Source: a virus
Lineage: Duplodnaviria; Caudoviricetes
Strand: one strand, 5' to 3'
DNA: 54,678 nucleotides
IMG/VR virus record: IMGVR_UViG_3300028283_000235
Span: 1 to 54,678 of that record
Shown here: piece after piece, positions 48,901 through 54,678 of the stretch
Layout: each line of letters starts with the position of its first letter
How positions within the stretch are numbered: position 1 is the first letter of the stretch
The notes under the pieces: model-generated
Seen by the model: the letters and a program-made list of their open reading frames with translations, nothing else
Database searches by the model: none
What the model was told of the DNA's origin: nothing
Position numbers and translations under genes: made by a program

Positions 48901-49236
48901 GATTTATTATGTGCTGTATTCCCATATTTACCAGATATTACAAATTTTATTGAGAACGGTCAAGATAAAACAAGAGTTATTAAACCACAAACCAAATTCA
49001 ATATAGGTTTGAAGATTTTCTTTAAATTTGACGGTAGTAAAAACACATCGACAGAAAGTGCGCCAACTTATTATTACGCCGGTGACGGTAATCCTATTAA
49101 TAAAAGTAGGAAAGTGAAACTATGGTTTGAAACTACCGATAATACTACTTATCAATTTATTATTAACTTCAACTTAAATAGATATAGAAGTTTCTTAAAA
49201 CCAAAAACTGATACAGGCGCAATCGAAGTTGTTTAA
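45958..49236 (+). CDS. Large probable structural protein (tail/baseplate region)
   Basis: 1092 aa, N/T-rich, coiled coil, FN3-like segments (VQFRVQYRY, EIRVKSIS..ESDWS). Confidence 0.55.
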   Translation: MDSINSFVTLAEKITILNKNCVEILTKVNDLVSSQSDSVNIVYDDNGAVNSFSQPTVGYLKNQIDVLNQNMKRMASIDGYTFIRDGQSFKRIMTSDLNREPASIQEINQVTTFTPVNNHFFESLMNPMLAVTINLRDKVEQVVNKIVSRRYIVRFEKNLDGSLTEAGLRSFNSFSTTFLNQTGINISDFIAWYDNPSNDGLIVDTVKPYDEQIYDLALKTLNYYGVFSVIKVEIDDINNKMWYHLNDIKYYGNDGTIKNLTIGDELIVNRLNAGTRYKIKEVNTDSSNTKIRLENVEGYDPVVVGTNVLKYYSDISADKNVQINVGFDEYIVLFVKPINTDDNIVGTLWSKGISFYTNDLILDINNNINLANYYVEAVYDYGTWLRDQLTKSIPTIYGATPNPVTLTSDNFKVVQINKHLTDNVDQNAILKAHADKSTVKTQISQLNTAITQKTGKLNSGGLTTVEKQSYLTEINKMKTDLNISTNNLSSLVTEITNLSTGQNNNVAAKYRVRGFWTMPEPIQTGKTPPQHVVQFRVQYRYSSRSGNSNNIQTFNYVNVQQPSTNTAPTTTSGTIVRTNVNTTARTGGAALAASATNQNRNTGNSNLGKATTLPPVNVGKTVPVASTQVSTTTENPPTAPKYANFSNWVEFLSDVRKRYWDENSKQWYWKIEDVSDAETPNINQLDIAIQQNERVEIRVKSISEVGWPDSLIESDWSNVLTVDFPNDISDVLADNQFILAEASQDKTSVVLESTLSSKGVNQHVQDSYVAGQDYVAHKDTSIQVGIGFNTINNPNLFQYLTYLTDRIAKLEQTISGAKGTLNITLFKKSTELKTITNNTTTIINVECEDYGTVVTGRTYVNSINIIEDYILSFENTNQSGNLGFLSSRLYTSGGTNAFYSDGGKDHKVLLVDWNSNLYTQNDNQFVWFADRDNNDWISSGATNLNTTSILNQSYYNFGATGTSSANAPLWNVNSIFNSSTGDLLCAVFPYLPDITNFIENGQDKTRVIKPQTKFNIGLKIFFKFDGSKNTSTESAPTYYYAGDGNPINKSRKVKLWFETTDNTTYQFIINFNLNRYRSFLKPKTDTGAIEVV

Positions 49237-49252
49237 AAAATTAAATATATAA

Positions 49253-52200
49253 ATGATAAATAAAAGTTTTCAATTACTTAGAACAAATCCTTTATTAACA
49301 TCAAATTTTAAAGTTGTAGTTAGTTCTGATTACAATTTATATCTGGAGAGTTTTAATACTAACGCCGAACTTAGTAATATTAAATATAAACATTTTCCGA
49401 TGTATAAATCAGATTATTTGGAAAATAAAATTCCATATTTCTACAAAAAATTACCAATAGATACAGCGTTTGACGTTAGATATGATAAAGATAATAACAT
49501 TGTTCAGAATAGTTTTGATAAACAATTCGATACAAATTATTACGCTGGCGGTAGTTATGTCGAAGATCAATGGTACACAGAGGAATTTGATTATTTGGCC
49601 CCTCTTTATATTAGAAAAGATAATTTACCAAAAGGTTTTGTTATATTAAGAGTTGACGATCCTTCTGGATATAATCTAAATGTTAGTAATAATTTTGAGT
49701 TAAACAGTTTGAACGCTGATAATTTTCACGAAATAGTAGATAATTGGAAATGTGTTAAATTTTTCGATATGACTTATACATCTAATCTAGGTGAATGGTT
49801 ATATACAAACTACTCAAATAACGATAGAGTCCCGAAAACTGCTTTTGAATACCACCCTGAAAGAGCTGAATTCTCCAACTGGTACGGTATGGATTATACA
49901 ACAGGTATTTATACGTACAGACCTCTATTCATGGACGATAGAGATGAAATTGAAACTCCTCATTTTAGATGGGAAAAATTCATAACAGAAGGTTATAAAA
50001 GAAGTGGACTTATTTTTCCATATATTCTTAATTTGAAATTCTTATTCGACGATACACCAGCAACTCCAAGTGCTCTTAAAAAATATTCTATGAATAGGTA
50101 CTACGGCTTCTATATTGAAAATATGGATTTTGTTGGTAGTATAACTTCTTATAGAACACCAGATATGATACCAAACACTTATCTTGTTAATAATATTATA
50201 GTATCAGGTAATACCGGCATGACCACAGATCAATATTGTAAATTAGATTATTACGACGTTCCAACGGTAAATCCATTTGTTGAAAAATGGGACGATAATA
50301 AAGAATATTATGTTTTTATAGACAACACCAACGATTTCTATAGAACTAAAACTATATCAGGCCTTTATCCTGTTCAAAGAGTTTTGCAGAATAATAAATA
50401 TATTTATAAAATTGTCAGTGATGAAACCCTTGATAGTTATTGGAACACAGGATATACTAATATCAAAACTGTTGATATAAATTACGGAACATATAATATA
50501 CTTAGTGCTGTAACCAGTAATTTCTTTATTGATAAATATATTGATTGTGTAGGAGATGAGAAATATATGTACGGGGATTTATATTTAATAAGGATAGATG
50601 ATAAATTCCACGTTCTTAAATATAGTTCGGGTATGACTACGGCTAATGATTTAACAGTGAATCCGTCAACTGGTGATTTAGATGATTATAAATATTATAT
50701 ACAGACAGATTACGCTATAAACTTAAATTCAAAATTTGTAGAATATTGGATATTGGGTAAGAGTTCTCCTTATTATAGACAAACTGCGGTACAGAATACC
50801 GGATATGCACCTTTGTCTTTTCCTATATACAGAGTTAAATTTTCTGATATTAAAGATTTTGATTTTGATAGAATTAATACTGGATTTTCAGATTTTGATT
50901 ACGAAAAGACTGAGTATGTTGATACTAATGAAGAGAAGTTATACGCATTTGATTATAACGATCCTAGTATTCCACCAAGTAAAAGAGTAGAAAAACCAGG
51001 AACATCAGCTCAATATAAAGTGATCAACATTTCATCTGAATATATCGCTGGAGACGAATTATACGAAGTGTTTGATTTGGGTCAACAAAATACATTTTCT
51101 AATACCTACGGCGAAGAGAATAAATTATACGATTTAAACGATATATGGAGAAAGAATCAATCTAACTGTAAATGGGGATTCATGGGTTCAATGAGTCACT
51201 CTGATTACCCTTATAAATTAAATAACAATTATGAAATTGGTGGACCATATAATAGGACAGCAGATCCTTTTTATACTATACCAAATGTGATTTCAAAAAA
51301 TATGGATTATTTTTACAGATTAGGTAATTTCTACGATGGGACTACCGGTAATACAGTATATTATAAAAATCAAACTACAAATATTCAGTACGATTTTATT
51401 AGCGGTCAAATTGGTAGTGGATTTGATATTAAAGCCTATTTCACTTTAAATTTTGATTACTTTACATTCTTCTTTAAAAATAAAATGTATTACGAAGACA
51501 AAGCTCAAAGATATACAAAGAGTTACGATAAATACGCTGTATTTAACTACGGCGATAGTAACGTACCATCTGTGACCCTATTCAAAGGACTTAAAATTAA
51601 AATAAGAGAAGTTAAGAACATTTACACAGACGAAAACAATATAATAACAAAAGTTCTATACGGAAACAATACTTATAACAACTATAAAATGTCTATTATA
51701 TTCAATGAAAATCACGAAGGGATTAACAACGGGTTGATGAACAATGATATAGGAACATATATAGATACTACACAAAATGGAATTAGTGTTATATTAAATG
51801 AAAAATTCCAAAACGTATTAATAATAATTAACGCTAAATTACCAAGTGGTACAACTCTAAACGATATAAGTGTATTTGATGAAAAAGAAGGTTTATATTA
51901 CGGTAAGAAATTAGATGGAACTTATTTAAACGGTTATAATAATAGTAATTTAACTGGAATAACTTCTACATCTTTATTTACAGCATCTAACTTCATAAAC
52001 ACTATAAATGATTACACTAATAATTACGGACTGTCTGTAAAATATTATTACATCAGAGAGTCTAACAGTAAATTATATAACGGTAATGTTTTAATTAGTA
52101 GAGGAGTTAGTTTTAATAACGTGTCAACAATGAAAAATATTCCAAATTGGAACTATTATTTTCCACCTTTTTTATTAAATATAGAGACACCTGTTAATAT

Positions 52201-53275
52201 ATCTTTAAGTAATAATTGTTATGCAACATATCCCTACTACGTAAATAGTGTACCCGATGATTACGTTGCGACTCTATTAACATTCAACGAGAATAAAAGT
52301 TATAAAGTTCCAATTTACAGATTTCCAGGACCTTATGAACCAATTTTTAAGGACGTAAATCTATTTAAAGGTGGATATTTTTGTTACAATAACATTACAA
52401 ACGTAACGGGTATGACTTCTGGTATCACATCATCCAACGCTTCTATATCTTTCGAATATCCTAATACTGATTATAGTTGGTCAAATTTCCAAAATATGTG
52501 TAGTACTAATACGAATGGTTATGTTGAGATAAATCTAGTACCGAATACGATTGTTAATTCCAGATATCTTTGTATAAGGGGATTTGATTTTTCTAATATA
52601 CCATCAGAAGCTATTATCACTGGTTTAACATTAACCATTAGTAGGAAAGCGTTCATATATTCTTTTCCTAATATTTATGTTAAGGACGTGGGTGTTTTTC
52701 TAGCTAAAAATTCCTACGATATAAATTTAAAATCAAATAATAGAATTTCACCTTACGGTCCTACGTATTGGGACACAAATCTTACAGATATTTCTTACGG
52801 TGGCGTGGACGATACGTGGGGAGACGTTTACTCTGGCACTGGTGGATGGTCAGGTAGTACATTGAAAGGCAGTGATCTAAATAATCCTTTATTTGGTGCA
52901 CTCATACAAGTGGAAATGAAAAATAGCGGAACCAGTACTAGCACTCTTTTACCACAAATTAAATGTGTCAGATTAACAGTTCAATATACATGGAACCAAA
53001 CTACATATACAGCAGATAGAACAGTATATTTTGATAATAACTATAAATTTGATACAACTCTCAACGATTTCGCTAAGATAGACGAATTAATATATTCCAA
53101 AGTGAATGAAACCACAAATATATTGAAAAATTCGCCAGATGTATATCATATATATCCTTGTGTAGATGAATTTGGTTACGAGTACAGTGATAGATTTATC
53201 TTTAAATCTTCTTGGGATAAAGAATTCTTTACTAAAACTAATAGTAATCTGAAAACAGATTCTGGTATAGTTTAA
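49253..53275 (+). CDS. Large probable structural protein
   Basis: 1340 aa, N/Y-rich, beta-rich C-terminal domain (IPSEAIITGLTLTI...YGGVDDTWG). Confidence 0.5.
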   Translation: MINKSFQLLRTNPLLTSNFKVVVSSDYNLYLESFNTNAELSNIKYKHFPMYKSDYLENKIPYFYKKLPIDTAFDVRYDKDNNIVQNSFDKQFDTNYYAGGSYVEDQWYTEEFDYLAPLYIRKDNLPKGFVILRVDDPSGYNLNVSNNFELNSLNADNFHEIVDNWKCVKFFDMTYTSNLGEWLYTNYSNNDRVPKTAFEYHPERAEFSNWYGMDYTTGIYTYRPLFMDDRDEIETPHFRWEKFITEGYKRSGLIFPYILNLKFLFDDTPATPSALKKYSMNRYYGFYIENMDFVGSITSYRTPDMIPNTYLVNNIIVSGNTGMTTDQYCKLDYYDVPTVNPFVEKWDDNKEYYVFIDNTNDFYRTKTISGLYPVQRVLQNNKYIYKIVSDETLDSYWNTGYTNIKTVDINYGTYNILSAVTSNFFIDKYIDCVGDEKYMYGDLYLIRIDDKFHVLKYSSGMTTANDLTVNPSTGDLDDYKYYIQTDYAINLNSKFVEYWILGKSSPYYRQTAVQNTGYAPLSFPIYRVKFSDIKDFDFDRINTGFSDFDYEKTEYVDTNEEKLYAFDYNDPSIPPSKRVEKPGTSAQYKVINISSEYIAGDELYEVFDLGQQNTFSNTYGEENKLYDLNDIWRKNQSNCKWGFMGSMSHSDYPYKLNNNYEIGGPYNRTADPFYTIPNVISKNMDYFYRLGNFYDGTTGNTVYYKNQTTNIQYDFISGQIGSGFDIKAYFTLNFDYFTFFFKNKMYYEDKAQRYTKSYDKYAVFNYGDSNVPSVTLFKGLKIKIREVKNIYTDENNIITKVLYGNNTYNNYKMSIIFNENHEGINNGLMNNDIGTYIDTTQNGISVILNEKFQNVLIIINAKLPSGTTLNDISVFDEKEGLYYGKKLDGTYLNGYNNSNLTGITSTSLFTASNFINTINDYTNNYGLSVKYYYIRESNSKLYNGNVLISRGVSFNNVSTMKNIPNWNYYFPPFLLNIETPVNISLSNNCYATYPYYVNSVPDDYVATLLTFNENKSYKVPIYRFPGPYEPIFKDVNLFKGGYFCYNNITNVTGMTSGITSSNASISFEYPNTDYSWSNFQNMCSTNTNGYVEINLVPNTIVNSRYLCIRGFDFSNIPSEAIITGLTLTISRKAFIYSFPNIYVKDVGVFLAKNSYDINLKSNNRISPYGPTYWDTNLTDISYGGVDDTWGDVYSGTGGWSGSTLKGSDLNNPLFGALIQVEMKNSGTSTSTLLPQIKCVRLTVQYTWNQTTYTADRTVYFDNNYKFDTTLNDFAKIDELIYSKVNETTNILKNSPDVYHIYPCVDEFGYEYSDRFIFKSSWDKEFFTKTNSNLKTDSGIV

Positions 53276-53781
53276 TTCAAAGTGAATTTAACAGGAATAT
53301 TGAACTGTACTCTTACAGAATTACCTCTCTGTTTACCTGGTGTCCATTTTGGCATAGACTGAACAACTCTGATAGCCTCTTCGTCACATCCGCCACCAAT
53401 GCCTCTGAGTACTCTCACGTTTGAAACAGAACCATCTGCTTCAACTACAAAGGTCACAAAGACTTTACCCTGAATTCCAAGTTCTTTGGCTTCATCAGGG
53501 TACCTGATGTTTTTACTGAGAAATTCATACATTCCTTCAAGTACAGGCTGCTCTTCAACAACAGTAAAGATTTCTGCTGGTTTTGGCTCTCTTTTAAGAT
53601 CTTTAGAAGTCTTACTCTTATTCATATAAGACGCAATAACGGGATAAGCAATCACAGTGCCCAAAAATAGAATACCAATGATAAGAGAAGTCATAAGGTG
53701 TTTACCATACTTCTTTCTAAGAACATAAGAACCGTATTCTTTGTTCCTTTTTTCAAATAAGATTTCGTCGAAAGGTTTCAT
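53272..53781 (-). CDS. tonB: Energy transducer TonB, Bacteroidota type, short linker
   Basis: FDEILFEKRNKEYGSYVLRKKY + TM; NIRYPDEAKELGIQGKVFVTFVVEADG, GCDEEAIRVV, KWTPGKQRG. Confidence 0.92.
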   Translation of the reverse strand: MKPFDEILFEKRNKEYGSYVLRKKYGKHLMTSLIIGILFLGTVIAYPVIASYMNKSKTSKDLKREPKPAEIFTVVEEQPVLEGMYEFLSKNIRYPDEAKELGIQGKVFVTFVVEADGSVSNVRVLRGIGGGCDEEAIRVVQSMPKWTPGKQRGNSVRVQFNIPVKFTLN

Positions 53782-53836
53782 AGTTTTAATTTTATTTTTA
53801 TAAATATAATACTTTATTTTAAAAAATCCAAATTTT

Positions 53837-54295
53837 TTAATCGATATCCGTCATTTGATATAAAGCTATTTTATTCTTTACAGAATAATTCATATTGTCT
53901 ATATCCTTCAATGCTATTCTTAAAAATTCTATATGACCGTCAAGAATATCCTTCCTTTGCTCTAATTTAGCCACGTCCCATTCAATTAGTCTCATTCTTT
54001 CAGTAGCGTTGTTTGGGTAAGGGGAAAGAGCACCAGCGTAATATTCAAATCTTTCTTTTTTGAAAGCCTTTATCTTTGGCATCATCTTGGCTAACTCGTA
54101 AACCATATTCTTTATCTGCTCGTTGAGCTGTTGATAAAGACTTATAGTTTCAGCCTGTAAAGGTATAACGTCTTTAGCACTACAATTAAGTCTTTTAGAT
54201 ATATCATCTATTGTTTTAGTCCAGTAATCTTCTCTTTCGCCTAACTTAGCAATTAATTTATCAATACCAGTACCTTCTTCTTCTAATTCGGGCAT
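53837..54295 (-). CDS. UvsY-like recombination mediator
   Basis: Helical 152 aa; RFEYYAG...IEWD...IEFLRIALKDIDNMNYSVKNKI resembles the T4 UvsY pattern. Confidence 0.6.
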   Translation of the reverse strand: MPELEEEGTGIDKLIAKLGEREDYWTKTIDDISKRLNCSAKDVIPLQAETISLYQQLNEQIKNMVYELAKMMPKIKAFKKERFEYYAGALSPYPNNATERMRLIEWDVAKLEQRKDILDGHIEFLRIALKDIDNMNYSVKNKIALYQMTDID

Positions 54296-54337
54296 ATTAA
54301 TTCTCTTTATTTTTATAGAATAAATTTATTGTGTTGT

Positions 54338-54678
54338 TTAGATTTTTTTGTACGAAATGGTAAAGTAATAATCAAACTTGTATCTCCTATTATCTTTAAT
54401 TTGATTGTATATAATCTTAACAGTATCTAAATTATTTAAATAGTCTGGTGTTATAATATTAACGTTCTTTATTCTATTTTTATCTGTGAAAACCGTTTTA
54501 TTAAAATTCGGTCCTCTTAATACCTGACCTTTTGTGAATATTGTAGCGTCATTTACTACATCAAAGTAATTTGTGTAAAAAGATAATTCTGATATATTAT
54601 ATCTGTTTAATAGGTTAGCATCTATATAATCATTAATATAAGTGTTTACGTTTCTTTCTACTAAATCTTCACTCTTAA
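54338..54678 (-). CDS. 3' end of a hypothetical protein starting outside the window
   Basis: Open frame KSEDLVERNVNTYINDYIDANLLNRY...YKFDYYFTISYKKI*. Confidence 0.65.
   Translation of the reverse strand, partial: KSEDLVERNVNTYINDYIDANLLNRYNISELSFYTNYFDVVNDATIFTKGQVLRGPNFNKTVFTDKNRIKNVNIITPDYLNNLDTVKIIYNQIKDNRRYKFDYYFTISYKKI

Noticed and set aside
314-50990. Many short antisense or alternate-frame ORFs in the track (e.g. 314-502, 2258-2605, 10798-11187, 20801-21250, 22565-22969, 43278-43652, 50805-50990)
   Set aside because: They overlap well-supported genes and have no motifs; treated as shadow ORFs
1-54678. Alternative genetic code (TAG or TGA recoding as in some large Bacteroidota phages)
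   Set aside because: Recognisable genes are full length in code 11 and pncA ends at TAG where expected; reading through the TAG at 1618-1616 does not restore the LamG frame
1-54678. tRNA or rRNA genes
   Set aside because: None recognised by eye in the short AT-rich intergenic gaps; tRNAscan-SE would be needed to exclude them

Overview
AT-rich, gene-dense segment of a large T4-like (jumbo/huge) phage genome, read in the standard genetic code. The host is probably Bacteroidota, judged from TAnnTTTG promoters and a Bacteroidota-style TonB and TonB-dependent receptor. Left to right: two Gly-X-X tail-fibre-like paralogues with a decayed LamG-like gene between them; a ~9 kb co-oriented NAD+ salvage cluster (pncB, nadE, TonB-dependent receptor, pnuC, nadR-like, pncA, two HAD-like genes); four tandem paralogues of an uncharacterised SCM...GRAxxW...DRxY...YPYxD family interleaved with two M28-like Zn peptidases, plus two more distant paralogues at 34.6-37.4 kb; a ligase core, ppk2, prs, a metallophosphoesterase, an SPFH protein, a Pol-beta nucleotidyltransferase and an AAA ATPase; a gp13-like neck gene, two very large probable structural genes, a short TonB and a UvsY-like gene. 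Three GIY-YIG genes, one TnsA-like endonuclease and one TnpB are free-standing. The strongest candidates for undescribed systems are (1) a phage-encoded outer-membrane-to-NAD+ import and reconstitution pathway and (2) the probably capsid-packaged SCM-family/M28-peptidase module, whose parts share a ~40-aa domain. All calls come from reading motifs by eye; no database searches were run.
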